A stretch of DNA of 64,000 nt, taken from assembly GCA_965214405.1 (NCBI GenBank), contig OZ243956.1:2560001-2624000 (forward strand). Direction: 5' to 3'. Origin of the DNA: Trueperaceae bacterium. GTDB taxonomy: Bacteria; Deinococcota; Deinococci; Deinococcales; Trueperaceae. The notes beneath the pieces were generated by a model, which worked only from the letters and a program-made list of their open reading frames with translations, was not told where the DNA came from and did no database searches. Both the position numbers and the translations under genes were made by a program. Shown one piece after another: positions 1 through 12,560 of the stretch (position 1 is the stretch's first letter; each line of letters opens with the position of its first letter).

Positions 1-694
1 CCTCGATAATCGCCGCGCCGCGCTTTTGCACGGTAGGGATGAAGTCGTCGCGTACCCACGACTCGTCCACCAGTTCAGTTGCCGCTTTGCCGTCCACAGT
101 GGCGTGGCTGAGGTCAGGCACTTGGGTGCTCGAGTGGTTGCCCCAGATGATCATTTTCTCGAGCGCGGTTACGGGCTGCGACGTTTTCTGCGCAAGCTGG
201 CTCAGCGCGCGGTTGTGATCCAAGCGGGTCATCGCCGTAAACTGTTCGGGCTTGAGGTCAGGCGCGTTGTTCATGGCGATGAGCGCGTTTGTGTTGGCGG
301 GGTTGCCGACCACCAACGCCTTGACGTCGCGGCTCGCCTGATCGTTAAGCGCTCTCCCCTGCCCCGTAAAGATGGCACCGTTGGCCTCGAGCAAATCTTT
401 ACGTTCCATGCCGGGACCCCGCGGCCTCGAGCCCACCAGCAGCGCGTAGTCCGCATCTCTGAATGCTACGTTGGCGTCATCAGACGTTACAACGTCCTGC
501 AATAGCGGGAAGGCACAATCTCTAAGTTCCATGACCACGCCCTCGAGTGCTTTAAGTGCGGGAGTGATTTCTAAAAGCTGTAAGATGACCGGCTGGTCTT
601 TGCCAAGCATGTCTCCCGCCGCGATGCGGAAGAGGAGCGAATAACCAATCTGACCGGCTGCGCCTGTGACGGCGACCCTCATGGGCGATTTCAT
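1..694 (-). CDS. mdh: Malate dehydrogenase (3' end runs off the window)
   Basis: Hand translation from ATG at 694: [75 protein letters not shown] upstream. Missing from the ORF track because it has no stop in the window. Confidence 0.95.
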   Translation of the reverse strand, partial: MKSPMRVAVTGAAGQIGYSLLFRIAAGDMLGKDQPVILQLLEITPALKALEGVVMELRDCAFPLLQDVVTSDDANVAFRDADYALLVGSRPRGPGMERKDLLEANGAIFTGQGRALNDQASRDVKALVVGNPANTNALIAMNNAPDLKPEQFTAMTRLDHNRALSQLAQKTSQPVTALEKMIIWGNHSSTQVPDLSHATVDGKAATELVDESWVRDDFIPTVQKRGAAIIE

Positions 695-771
695 AGTTTC
701 TCCTTTATTTTATTGGTGGTTGTCATGAATTCTCAACTTCAACACGTTATTGATTCAGCCTTTTTAGCAAA

Positions 772-787
772 TGTTTCACGTGAAACA
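772..787. promoter_or_regulatory. parS centromere-like site
   Basis: Perfect palindrome TGTTTCACGTGAAACA just downstream of parB. Confidence 0.93.
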
Positions 788-801
788 CTAAAGATTTCAC
801 G

Positions 802-1632
802 TCAACTCTCATAACCGAGGTGAACAAGAAGCCGCTCGAGCTCTTCCTCCGAATAGAAGTGAAGCTCAATACGCCCCTTTTTCCCGCCCGCGACTTTGAC
901 CTTGGTTCCCAATCTTCTTGCCAAGTCAGTCTCGAGCTGAACGTACCGTCCATCCGAAATACCGACGTTCCTCCTGTTTGTCACCTCTTTGCGCTTTAGC
1001 TTTTCCGCCTCTCTGACCGTCAGCCCCGCCGCCAGAATCTGCTGAAGCGCCCACGCCTGATCTTCTACGGGTTGCGCCAGTACGGCGCGCGCGTGACCTG
1101 CGCTGATGCGGTCTTCTTCGAGGGCCTCGAGCGCGGCGTCGGGAAGTTTGAGCAGCCTCAGCGTGTTCGCCACGGCGCTCCGGCTTTTGCTCACCGCCGC
1201 GGCCACGTCTTCCTGGCTGAGCCCGAACGCCATAAGCTGCTTGAAAGCCCGCGCCTCCTCCGCCGCGCTCAAGCTTTCGCGCTGCAAGTTCTCGATAATG
1301 GCGATCTCGAGCGTTTCACGGTCGCTCAAGGTTTTGACAATCACGGGCACAGCGGTGAGCCCCGCTTGTTGCGAGGCTCTGAAGCGGCGTTCGCCCGCGA
1401 CTATCTCATAACCATCATCTTTCGGGCGTACCAGCAGGGGCTGCAGCACGCCTTTCTCGGCGATAGATTGCGCTAACTCAGCGATGGCGGCAGGGTCAAT
1501 ACGTTTTCGGGGTTGATACGTTGAGACGCGTAAACGCCCCAGCTCTACCTGCTGAACTCCGCCCTCGGGCTTGTCCACCTTGGGCAGAAGCGCGTCCAAG
1601 CCTCGTCCTAGGCTGCTACGCTTCGCTGACAC
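802..1632 (-). CDS. parB: ParB/Spo0J chromosome partitioning protein
   Basis: N-terminal LGRGLDALL, GVLQPLLVR, IVAGERRFRA, IIENLQRE, HTH SRSAVANTLRLL. Confidence 0.97.
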   Translation of the reverse strand: MSAKRSSLGRGLDALLPKVDKPEGGVQQVELGRLRVSTYQPRKRIDPAAIAELAQSIAEKGVLQPLLVRPKDDGYEIVAGERRFRASQQAGLTAVPVIVKTLSDRETLEIAIIENLQRESLSAAEEARAFKQLMAFGLSQEDVAAAVSKSRSAVANTLRLLKLPDAALEALEEDRISAGHARAVLAQPVEDQAWALQQILAAGLTVREAEKLKRKEVTNRRNVGISDGRYVQLETDLARRLGTKVKVAGGKKGRIELHFYSEEELERLLVHLGYES

Positions 1633-2374
1633 GGTTTAACACCTCCGTCCCAAGCTTCCGGTACGCTTCGGCCCCCGATGAGGAAGGCGCGTAGTCGAAA
1701 ATAGGCTGTCCGTAAGACGGCGCTTCCGCCAAACGCACATTACGCGGAATGACCGTTTCGAAGACAAGGTCGTTAAAGTGACCCCGGACATTCTCCTCCA
1801 CCTCCTGCGACAAACGGGTACGAGCATCATACATCGTGAGCAGAATACCCAACACGCTGAGGCTGGGGTTAACCGCGCCGCGGATTCTCTCAACCGTGTC
1901 CATCATTCCGGCGATACCCTCGAGCGCATAATACTCGGTCTGCAACGGAATAATAAGCTTGTCCGCGGCAGCCAACGCGTTGAGCGTAAGCGCGCCAATC
2001 GAGGGCGGGGCGTCGATGAGAATAAAATCATAGTTGGGACGCGCGCCCAGAAGCGCTTTCGAAAGAAGTTTCATGTTGTCGCTCGTCGCGTCGAGCTCGA
2101 GCGCGGCCCCCGCCAAATCCGGTGAGGCGGGCAGGAGAAAAAGATTGTCGCTCGAGGTGCGGCAGATGGTGCTTCTGGCGGACGCTTCACCAATGAGAAC
2201 GTCGTACACCGTTTTTTGGGGATTGCGGACGCTCAAGCCGCTGCTCGCGTTGGCCTGCGGGTCCAAATCGACCAAGAGGATGCGGCGGCTTTCGGCAAGC
2301 GCCGCCGCCAGATTGACCGCGCTCGTCGTTTTACCCACCCCACCTTTCTGATTGATGACCCCTATGGTCGGCAT
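1616..2374 (-). CDS. parA: ParA/Soj ATPase
   Basis: Deviant Walker A NQKGGVGKTT, DLDPQAN, IPRNVRLAEAPSYG. Confidence 0.97.
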   Translation of the reverse strand: MPTIGVINQKGGVGKTTSAVNLAAALAESRRILLVDLDPQANASSGLSVRNPQKTVYDVLIGEASARSTICRTSSDNLFLLPASPDLAGAALELDATSDNMKLLSKALLGARPNYDFILIDAPPSIGALTLNALAAADKLIIPLQTEYYALEGIAGMMDTVERIRGAVNPSLSVLGILLTMYDARTRLSQEVEENVRGHFNDLVFETVIPRNVRLAEAPSYGQPIFDYAPSSSGAEAYRKLGTEVLNRVSEA

Positions 2375-2964
2375 GTGCGGCCTCCGGGCAGCTCGAGTGC
2401 CACCAATCTACCATGCGAGGGTAGGGCGTAGTTAGCCACCACCGTCACGGGCACGCCAGCCGCGTTTTCAAGCGCCGAAAGTTCACGCTGCCAGTTGGGG
2501 CCGCGCCTCGAGACGATGGTAATGTCTTTAGCATGAAGATGCTGTGTGAGGGTATAAATGCGTAGAAAAGTGCCGACAGCCTGCGCGGTAAAAAAGGGGA
2601 GAGGCGGAAGGAGCACCTCTCTCACATCCTCTTCAATAACGTGGAGGTTGGTGAGCTCGAGGAGAGCCGAAACGAGTTTTAGAAACGCCGCCCGACGTTT
2701 GCGACGTTCTACCGCGTGAAAGGTGAGGTGTGGCAGCCTCACTGCCAAGGGGACAACAGGTAAGCCCACGCCCGAGCCTACATCCAGAAGAGAGGGTGTT
2801 GCAAGGTGGGTATTATAGAGCGCAGTATCGGCTAACGCTTGCTCATAAAGCGCCGTCTCCGCAATTTTTTCCTTCAGCTCCGCCAAACCCGCGCTCGACA
2901 TAAGATCGAGCGCGGGGGCATATTCATGAACCAGCCTCTCGTACTCCGCCAGCTTATCCTTCAT
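2362..2964 (-). CDS. rsmG: 16S rRNA m7G527 methyltransferase RsmG (GidB)
   Basis: LDVGSGVGLP SAM motif, ERRKRRAAFL, position between mnmG and parA. Start set at MKDKL because the longer start MFHVKH is the parS sequence. Confidence 0.88.
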   Translation of the reverse strand: MKDKLAEYERLVHEYAPALDLMSSAGLAELKEKIAETALYEQALADTALYNTHLATPSLLDVGSGVGLPVVPLAVRLPHLTFHAVERRKRRAAFLKLVSALLELTNLHVIEEDVREVLLPPLPFFTAQAVGTFLRIYTLTQHLHAKDITIVSRRGPNWQRELSALENAAGVPVTVVANYALPSHGRLVALELPGGRTCRP

Positions 2965-4807
2965 GCAATGTTTCACGTGAAACATTTCTAGACTTCTTAT
3001 AAACCAGGAGCGCCGTCACATCGCTGTCTCGCACACCGCGAAGACGTTGCGCGGCCCCCAGCGTTCCCGGTTTGTGTCGCAGGAGTGCTTCATGACCCTC
3101 TTTGGAAAGACCGGACACACGTTCCAAATCGCGTTCGCTCAGGCTTACCCTTTCGTAGGCGTTACGCGACTCGAGTTCTTTGCGGCTACGTTCGATGTAT
3201 GCGGTGTATTTCAGTGTTATCTCGACCTTACGCTTTTCGTCAAGGCTGAGCGCTGCGTCTCCCTCGCCCAGGCGCGTCACCACATTCTCATAACTCATAC
3301 CCGGACGACAGAGAACCTTACTCGCAGGCACACCGTCCAAACGCGAGGACTGAAACCGCAGCACTTCAGCTTCTACACGCGCCTCGGACCTACGCAAACC
3401 TGTGAGAGCGTCCGCTCCGACCAATCCCCAGGCGTGACCCACCGGCAGCAGGCGTTCAGCGGCGTTGTCCTGCCGGTGGAGGAGACGGTACTCATTGCGC
3501 GAGGTGAGCATCCGGTAGGGTTCGTCGATGCCCCACCTCACGAGGTCGTCGAGCAATACACCGATGTACCCTTCGTCACGCCGCAGACTGACGCGCGCCT
3601 CCCCAGCGGCATGTCTCGCCGCATTAACGCCCGCGATAAAACCTTGCGCGGCGGCCTCTTCATAACCGCTCGTCCCGTTGATCTGGCCCGCGCTGAAAAG
3701 ACCTGGCAGCCATTTGGACATGAGCGTTGTATCGAGTTGCGTGGGGTCGAGTGCGTCATACTCCACCGCGTACGCGTAGCGCTGCACCACCGCCCGCTCA
3801 AAGGCGGGCAAGGTGCGGATCATATCATCTTGAAGGTGAGGCGGCATGGAGCTCGAGAACCCCTGCAAATAAACCTCACTGGTTTCGAGACCGTCGGGCT
3901 CGACAAAAAGGAGGTGACGGTCTTTATCCGCGAAACGCACCACTTTGTCTTCAATAGACGGACAGTAGCGTGGACCCTGCCCCTCGATCTCGCCCCCGTA
4001 CATGGCGGAGTGCTCGAGGTTCTGCGCGATAAGCTCATGCGTTTGGGGCGTTGTGTGAGTCAGCCAGGTCGAGCAAGCGCTGATGTTGGGTCCGGGTTCG
4101 CCTGTAAAAGACCGTGCCGGGTTGTCGGACGGCACCACGTCCAGCACGGAAAAGTCGACGGAGTCGGCGCGGATGCGGGGCGGCGTGCCGGTCTTGAAGC
4201 GTAGCAGACTGTGTCCCGTCGCCCGCAGGCTGTGCGAGAGGTGTCTCGAGGGCGCTTCACCCTGCCGCCCCGCCGGACGTTTCTTTTTGCCGTACCAGAC
4301 GACGCCCGCCAGGAATGTGCCCGTACAAAGCACCACGCTGGGAGCACGTAAGGCGCGTCCGTCGGTGAGACTTACGCCCGTTATACGTTGAGGCAAATCG
4401 CCACGCGAAACTTCAAGTCCCGCGACTTCCGCTCTCACAATGTCGATACCCGGGGTTTGTTCGACGAGGGCTCGAGCCGCCGCGGCGTAGCCGTCCCGCT
4501 CGTTTTGCACGCGCAGCGATTGCACCGCCGGACCCTTGCTCGCGTTGAGCGTGCGCGCGTGGATCGCGGTTTCGTCGGCCAAGCGGCCCATCACCCCACC
4601 CAGCGCGTGCAGTTCAGAAACCAGTTGCGACTTGCCGGGGCCGCCAATCGCGGGGTTACAGGGCATCAGGCCAATCTTGTCGGGGTTGGGTAACACAAGA
4701 GCGACCGCCGCGCCAAGCTCGGCCGCCGCGTGCGCGGCTTCGACGCCTGCATGTCCTCCGCCTACCACGACAACGTCATAGTTCATTTTTAGAGCGTTCC
4801 CGTTCAT
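2954..4807 (-). CDS. mnmG: tRNA modification enzyme MnmG (GidA)
   Basis: GGGHAGVEAA, MPCNPAIGG, GPRYCPSIEDK, GQINGTSGYEEAAAQG. Start at 4807 has TATAGT 6 nt upstream (leaderless); 4786 is an alternative. Confidence 0.96.
   Translation of the reverse strand: MNGNALKMNYDVVVVGGGHAGVEAAHAAAELGAAVALVLPNPDKIGLMPCNPAIGGPGKSQLVSELHALGGVMGRLADETAIHARTLNASKGPAVQSLRVQNERDGYAAAARALVEQTPGIDIVRAEVAGLEVSRGDLPQRITGVSLTDGRALRAPSVVLCTGTFLAGVVWYGKKKRPAGRQGEAPSRHLSHSLRATGHSLLRFKTGTPPRIRADSVDFSVLDVVPSDNPARSFTGEPGPNISACSTWLTHTTPQTHELIAQNLEHSAMYGGEIEGQGPRYCPSIEDKVVRFADKDRHLLFVEPDGLETSEVYLQGFSSSMPPHLQDDMIRTLPAFERAVVQRYAYAVEYDALDPTQLDTTLMSKWLPGLFSAGQINGTSGYEEAAAQGFIAGVNAARHAAGEARVSLRRDEGYIGVLLDDLVRWGIDEPYRMLTSRNEYRLLHRQDNAAERLLPVGHAWGLVGADALTGLRRSEARVEAEVLRFQSSRLDGVPASKVLCRPGMSYENVVTRLGEGDAALSLDEKRKVEITLKYTAYIERSRKELESRNAYERVSLSERDLERVSGLSKEGHEALLRHKPGTLGAAQRLRGVRDSDVTALLVYKKSRNVSRETLHEG
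2969..2984. promoter_or_regulatory. parS site embedded in the 3' end of mnmG
   Basis: Perfect TGTTTCACGTGAAACA, extending to AATGTTTCACGTGAAACATT. Confidence 0.93.
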
Positions 4808-4965
4808 ACGAAAACTATACAGGGTAATGCGGAGAGTTACTGTAGGAACCTCTTGTGCGGGCTTAAGCTGTGTAGCTCGAGCCGCACCCAACTCAGGGTC
4901 GGCAATCTGTTAGACTGACGAACTGTGAAACGAAGAGGCGGGAGGCGCGTTGTGTCAGGAGCAAA

Positions 4966-6327
4966 GTGGTAGGGCCGGAGGGGCGCATTTGGGAGGACAT
5001 TCTCGAGTTTGTCCGCGACCACATCCCCGAGGTGGAGTTTCGCACTTGGTTCAAGCAGGTGCGGCCCCTGGGGATTAGCGACGGGACGTTTATGATAGGG
5101 GTGCCGCACTCGTTTGCGAGAGACTGGCTTAAAAGCCACTACGGCAGCGTCATCGAGCAGGCACTAAAGGATTTGGGCGCGGCGTCGCCGAGGGTAGGAT
5201 TTCAGGTGGTGCCCTTTCAGACGTCCGAACAGCAGGACATTTTTAGTAGCGTCCCCCTCAATAACGTGTCCCCCTCCGACGTAGGCTCCCCCGGACATGC
5301 GGTAACGAGCCGCCCGAAACTCAATCCCAAATACATTTTTTCAAACTTCGTTGTCGGCTCTAACAACAATTTGGCCCACGCGGCGGCGCTCGCGGTCGCC
5401 GAAGCGCCGGGACGCGCTTACAACCCGCTGTTCATTTACGGAGAAGCCGGGCTCGGCAAAACGCACATTATGCACGCGGTGGGTCACGCGGTAGAGGAGA
5501 GGTTTGGCAATTTGCGCATAGAGTACGTCACCACAGAAACGTTTGCCAACGATCTTATCAACGCCATCCGCGAAGACAAAATGACTGCATTTAGAGACCG
5601 CTACCGCAGTATCGATTTGCTCCTCATCGACGACGTGCAGTTCATTGCGGGCAAAGAACGTACGCAAGAAGAGTTTTTTCATACCTTTAATACGCTTTAT
5701 GAATCGGGCAACCAGATTATCTTGTCGTCCGATAGGCCGCCCAAAGACATTCCGACGCTCGACAACCGCATCCGCAGCCGCTTCGAGTGGGGGCTGATTA
5801 CCGACATCAACCCGCCTGAGTTAGAAACGCGCATCGCTATTCTGAAAATGAATGCGGAGTATAGAGGCGTCAAAATTCCGGGTGAGGTCATCGATTTTAT
5901 TGCGCGGCAGGTCACGTCGAACATCCGTGAGCTGGAGGGTGCGCTGGTCCGCGTCATCGTCTACGCGAGTATGAATCAGGAAGAACTCACTCGGCAGACG
6001 GCCTCGAGGGCCTTGTCTGATGTGTTTACACCAGGCGAACTCAACCTCACGATGGAGGACATCCTGCGCGCCGCCGCGCGTCACTACGAGGTCGAGGCCG
6101 ACGACCTCCGCTCAAAGGGGAGACGTCACGAGTTAGTCGTGCCGCGACAAGTCGCCATGTACCTTATCCGCGAACTCACCCCGCACTCGTACCCCGAAAT
6201 AGGACAGTTTTTCTCCGGACGCGACCACTCGACGGTAATGTACGCGGTTCAAAAAGTTACTGACCAACTCAAAGAAGATAACGAACTGTACGAAAAAGTG
6301 CGGGGCATCAAGAGCGGCTTACTATAA
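4966..6327 (+). CDS. dnaA: Chromosomal replication initiator DnaA
   Basis: [43 protein letters not shown]. Confidence 0.99.
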   Translation: MVGPEGRIWEDILEFVRDHIPEVEFRTWFKQVRPLGISDGTFMIGVPHSFARDWLKSHYGSVIEQALKDLGAASPRVGFQVVPFQTSEQQDIFSSVPLNNVSPSDVGSPGHAVTSRPKLNPKYIFSNFVVGSNNNLAHAAALAVAEAPGRAYNPLFIYGEAGLGKTHIMHAVGHAVEERFGNLRIEYVTTETFANDLINAIREDKMTAFRDRYRSIDLLLIDDVQFIAGKERTQEEFFHTFNTLYESGNQIILSSDRPPKDIPTLDNRIRSRFEWGLITDINPPELETRIAILKMNAEYRGVKIPGEVIDFIARQVTSNIRELEGALVRVIVYASMNQEELTRQTASRALSDVFTPGELNLTMEDILRAAARHYEVEADDLRSKGRRHELVVPRQVAMYLIRELTPHSYPEIGQFFSGRDHSTVMYAVQKVTDQLKEDNELYEKVRGIKSGLL

Positions 6328-6758
6328 GTGAATTCACATTTACTCAATTGGAAATTTAGTGCAGCTTTTCGAACTCTCCAAAGTTGCAAACTAGACCTGT
6401 TGATACAAGTACAAAAACATCCTGCTGCAACCTTAATGAATCGTCACTTTCTCTCATTTCTTCTCATAAAGGGGCTCAGAAACCCTCTTTTACCTGTGGA
6501 TAAGTCTGTGGATAAGCTGTGTATAACCCTGTGGATAAACTGTGGACAACTTCGCCTTTCACACACCCTGTGGATAGCTGTGGACAACTTAGGGGTTTAT
6601 CCACAGGCAAGGGCGAGTTATCCACAAAATTATCCACAGGCACTTCGCCCTCCTGGAGGGGCCAAAGTGGGGTTTTCCACAGTTTCCACAGGCCCTACTA
6701 TAGAGAGGGTTCTTTCTAAAAATTGGTTACGTTCCCGTCACCGTCAAAAGGGAGATTT
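6328..6758. other. oriC (dnaA-dnaN intergenic replication origin)
   Basis: 12 DnaA boxes. TGTGGATAA-type start at 6495, 6507, 6518, 6530, 6541, 6569, 6579; TTATCCACA-type start at 6597, 6618, 6630, 6673, 6682. Followed by GGCCC-TACTAT (GC clamp + DnaA-trio-like); AT-rich left flank. Confidence 0.95.
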
Positions 6759-7844
6759 ATGAGAGTCCACGTCCCCAAGAAGCAACTAGCCGACGCTCTG
6801 GCTCAAGTTGAACGCATCATTCCCAACAGGAGCAGCAACCCTGGTTTGAGTCTTTTACAGCTCGAGCTTAAAGAAGACCGTCTCGTCTTTAGCGGCAGCA
6901 ACATGGAGCTAGACATCCAAGCGAGTCTCGCCGCCGACGTTGAGGGCGCGGGGCGCGTGGCGCTGCCCGCGCAGGTTTTCGGGCAGGTCGTGCGCGCCTT
7001 GCCCGGTGAACTTGTCGAACTCGTCTTTAGCGATAATGAACTGGAGATTCGCTCGGGTTCCTATACCACCAAGCTTCAGCTCGCGGGCGGCGAGGGTGCG
7101 CCGGAATTGGCGTTCCCGCAGACTTATGAGGGCCAACTGGATGGAGCGGTCTTAGAAACTGCGCTGTCCCACGTCCGTTACGCCGCGGCGGTCGCCGAGT
7201 ATCAGGCCATCTTCCGGGGCGTCAAGCTCGAGCTCAAAGACAACCGACTACGCGCGGTGGCGACCGACGGTTTCCGGCTGGCCTACTACCACGTCGAGGA
7301 GAGCAGCGGGTTAGACGCAGACATCGTGATTCCGGCGCGCAGCGTTGACGAACTCACCAAGGTTTTGGTGGACGGAGAAGCGGCTTTAGAACTCCAGAAC
7401 AACCAACTCTCGCTCTCGAGCGGCCCCTTCAAGCTCAACCTCAAGCTCATGGAAGGGACCTTTCCCGACTACGAGCGCGTGATTCCCTCTGTTTTTCCGG
7501 TGACGGTGACGTTGGACGCCAAGGCGCTCGAGGGGGCGGTGTCGCGCGTCGCCGTGGTGGCGGATAAAACGACCAACAACCGCGTCGACCTGTTTATCAA
7601 GAGTGGAAGCCTACGCATCACCGCCGAGGGGGGTTACGGGCGCTCTGAGGAGGCGCTGGAGGTGGCTCAGGAGGGGAGCGAGTCGGAAATTGCGCTGGCT
7701 TACAACGCGAAGTATCTGGTTGACGCTCTCTCTCCCGTGGAGGGCGACCTGCGCTTTTCTTTTTCGGGTCCGACCAGCCCGAGCGTGATGTCGAGCCTTA
7801 AAGACCCGAGCTACTTGGCAATGGTCGTTCCCCTGCGGATTTGA
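6759..7844 (+). CDS. dnaN: DNA polymerase III beta sliding clamp
   Basis: AVATDGFRLA, EGTFPDYERVIP, YNAKYLVD, MVVPLRI. GGAG RBS before ATG 6759. Confidence 0.98.
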   Translation: MRVHVPKKQLADALAQVERIIPNRSSNPGLSLLQLELKEDRLVFSGSNMELDIQASLAADVEGAGRVALPAQVFGQVVRALPGELVELVFSDNELEIRSGSYTTKLQLAGGEGAPELAFPQTYEGQLDGAVLETALSHVRYAAAVAEYQAIFRGVKLELKDNRLRAVATDGFRLAYYHVEESSGLDADIVIPARSVDELTKVLVDGEAALELQNNQLSLSSGPFKLNLKLMEGTFPDYERVIPSVFPVTVTLDAKALEGAVSRVAVVADKTTNNRVDLFIKSGSLRITAEGGYGRSEEALEVAQEGSESEIALAYNAKYLVDALSPVEGDLRFSFSGPTSPSVMSSLKDPSYLAMVVPLRI

Positions 7845-7892
7845 GTGGAGGAGACTCACGCTTAGACTGGTGTACACTGTTCGGGGTTACGA

Positions 7893-8027
7893 GTTGAGGT
7901 GATGCTTCGCTCTAACACCTTGTCGCGGTGTTACATGGTGCGAGCTTGCGTCTGAGAGTCAAAGCGGCTCGGTCTGGAACAACTACTGCGTCGCTGCGGC
8001 GAGCTTCGGTTCAACGTTAACCTCAAC
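7893..8027 (+). ncRNA. Candidate structured RNA / 5' leader upstream of eno (unassigned)
   Basis: Closing stem GTTGAGGT/ACCTCAAC enclosing several hairpins, including a GAGC-TTCG-GTTC tetraloop. TAnnnT boxes at 7863 and 7873. Confidence 0.35.
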
Positions 8028-8064
8028 AGTTTTCTCTATTCTGAATGATTTTTTAACCTCATGA

Positions 8065-10847
<2,783 letters not shown>

Positions 10848-10874
10848 GTTCTGTTGGCACAAAAAATTGGCACT

Positions 10875-10903
10875 AAAAAAGGCGGCCTCAGCGCCGCCTT
10901 TTT
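10875..10903. terminator. Bidirectional intrinsic terminator between convergent pyk and rplI
   Basis: AAAAAAGGCGGC-ctcagc-GCCGCCTTTTT. Confidence 0.85.
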
Positions 10904-10927
10904 GGGTTTACTGCGCTCGAGCCGCCC

Positions 10928-11377
10928 CTAAACCTCTTCGGCAGCCACCATCACCTTGAGGTCGATGGGCACTTCCGGGTGAGGCTTATACACCACCGTG
11001 TACTCCCCAAGCGTCTTGATGGGCTCGGGCAGGTCGATTTTGCGGCGGTCAACCTCGACGTTATAGGTTCGTTCAAGTGCGTCGGCGATGTCTTTATTGC
11101 CGACCGAGCCGTAGATGCGCTCCTCGCCCGCGCGCACCCTAAGCTCGATGCTGGCGTCGCCAAGGAGCGTCTTGAGGCGCTCCGCGTCCGCCTTGCGCTC
11201 CGAGAGCTGTTTGGCGCGCTGTGAGAGCCTCGCCTCCAGCTCGGCCTGGTTGGCCCTGGTTGAGGGCAGCGCCAGCCCCTGCGGGATGAGGAAGTTGCGC
11301 GCGTAACCGGAACGCACCTTGACCTGTTCGCCCGCGTCGCCCAAGTTGTCGACGGGCTCGAGCAGAATTACGTTCAT
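10928..11377 (-). CDS. rplI: 50S ribosomal protein L9
   Basis: MNVILLEPVDNLG...VRSGYARNFLIPQG, IYGSV. Confidence 0.98.
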   Translation of the reverse strand: MNVILLEPVDNLGDAGEQVKVRSGYARNFLIPQGLALPSTRANQAELEARLSQRAKQLSERKADAERLKTLLGDASIELRVRAGEERIYGSVGNKDIADALERTYNVEVDRRKIDLPEPIKTLGEYTVVYKPHPEVPIDLKVMVAAEEV

Positions 11378-11664
11378 CGCCGCACCAGCGTTTCGGTGAT
11401 GGGGATGATGGCTAGGACTCGAGCGCGCTTAATGGTCGTCGCCAGCCTGCGCTGGTGTTTGGCGCACACGCCCGTGCGGCGGCGCGGCAGGATTTTGGCG
11501 GTATCCGAAATAAAGCGGCGCAGCATCCTGGCGTCGCGGTAGGCGGTCACTTCCTGCTCGCCCGTGCAAAAGGGGCAGACCTTGGGGCGGCGGCTTCTGC
11601 GACCGCCGCGCTTGTCTCTGTCCCTGTCTCTGTCTCGACTGCTACTTCTTTTACGCTCTGCCAT
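11374..11664 (-). CDS. rpsR: 30S ribosomal protein S18 (CxxC-containing form)
   Basis: KVCPFC, KILPRRRTGVCAKHQRRLATTIKRAR. Confidence 0.97.
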   Translation of the reverse strand: MAERKRSSSRDRDRDRDKRGGRRSRRPKVCPFCTGEQEVTAYRDARMLRRFISDTAKILPRRRTGVCAKHQRRLATTIKRARVLAIIPITETLVRR

Positions 11665-12498
11665 TTAGAAGGGTAGATCCTCTTCTGGTGGAAATTCCTC
11701 GTCAATATCAAGTTTTTGACCCCCTCGGACGCTCTGCGGAGCTTGCTGGCTCGTTGCAGGGCGGGCACCGGCGCCACCACCACCGGGGCCACGGGTCATA
11801 AATTCAACGCGCGAACCTTCAATCTTGTCCCTATACTGGCGGTTGCCGTCTTTGTCGGTCCAGTTGTCGGTAACCAGTCGGCCCACGACCAGCACGGGGT
11901 CGCCCTTGGCGAGTTCCGCGCACGCCTCGGCGAGTTCGCGCCACACGTCGATATCGACGTAGTGGGTACGGTCTTGGTCTTGGCCGTTACGGTCGCGGAA
12001 CTGCTCATTCACCGCCATCGAAAAGCGCGCGACGGCGTCGCCGCCCGGCGTGTAGCGCAGTTCGGCGTCCCGCGTTAAGTTGCCGATGACCGTCACCTGG
12101 TTGAGCGCATTCGTTAGGCGCTCCTGCCCGCGCGCGTCGGTCACGGTGGGCTCGTCTTTGCGCGTGCCGAAGGTGACCGCTTCGACGCGTGAGGCGTTGA
12201 TGCCCAGGGCGCTGCGCTTTTGCCCGTTGTTGTCTTCCCAGGCGCGGTAGTTGAGCCTGCCGTCTACAAAGACGGGCGTGCCCTGGTCAAGTCCTTCAAC
12301 CAGATATTCCGCCTGCTTGCCAAAGACCGAAACGCGGTGATACCAAGCAAGGTCGCGTGTTTGGCCGTCTGAGCCCGTCACGCGGTCGTTGCCGCCCAAA
12401 TTGAGTTCCAAAATCGCCAAGCCACCCGCGGTGTACTTGAGTTCAGGTTTTTGGGTGAGGGTACCGACCAGTTGAACGTTGTTAAAGCCTCGAGCCAT
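11665..12498 (-). CDS. ssb: Single-stranded DNA-binding protein, Deinococcus-Thermus type with two OB folds
   Basis: MARGFNNVQLVGTL, second OB fold LNQVTVIGNLTRDAELRYT, C-terminal FPPEEDLPF. Confidence 0.97.
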   Translation of the reverse strand: MARGFNNVQLVGTLTQKPELKYTAGGLAILELNLGGNDRVTGSDGQTRDLAWYHRVSVFGKQAEYLVEGLDQGTPVFVDGRLNYRAWEDNNGQKRSALGINASRVEAVTFGTRKDEPTVTDARGQERLTNALNQVTVIGNLTRDAELRYTPGGDAVARFSMAVNEQFRDRNGQDQDRTHYVDIDVWRELAEACAELAKGDPVLVVGRLVTDNWTDKDGNRQYRDKIEGSRVEFMTRGPGGGGAGARPATSQQAPQSVRGGQKLDIDEEFPPEEDLPF

Positions 12499-12560
12499 GT
12501 TCTTTTCCTCTTTCTTCTCTTCGTGAGAGTCATGATGCGCTGTTCTTCTCTGTGCGAGTC

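Noticed and set aside
26..505. 159-aa plus-strand ORF and the many similar long antisense ORFs (e.g. 3047-4204, 46595-47707, 60097-60957)
   Set aside because: They are shadows of well-supported genes on the opposite strand, as expected in GC-rich DNA, and have no recognisable motifs.
793..808. Possible third parS (GATTTCACGTCAACTC)
   Set aside because: Only 10/16 match to the consensus and not palindromic.
2965..2985. rsmG start giving MFHVKHC
   Set aside because: This peptide is just the parS palindrome translated; the ATG at 2964 is more plausible.
6328..6762. 144-aa ORF between dnaA and dnaN, or a CRISPR-like reading of its repeats
   Set aside because: The repeats are 9-bp DnaA boxes with short irregular spacers. 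This is oriC, not a gene or an array.
7945..7995. TPP riboswitch reading of the eno leader (CTGAGA ... TCTGGA)
   Set aside because: It lacks the ACCTG/TAAT/AGCG-AGG core, and the gene context does not fit.
10854..10880. Short tandem duplications TTGGCAC(T)AAAAAA, also TATGTAGAAG x2 at 24697-24718
   Set aside because: Likely slippage scars; no partner copy defining an insertion boundary was found.
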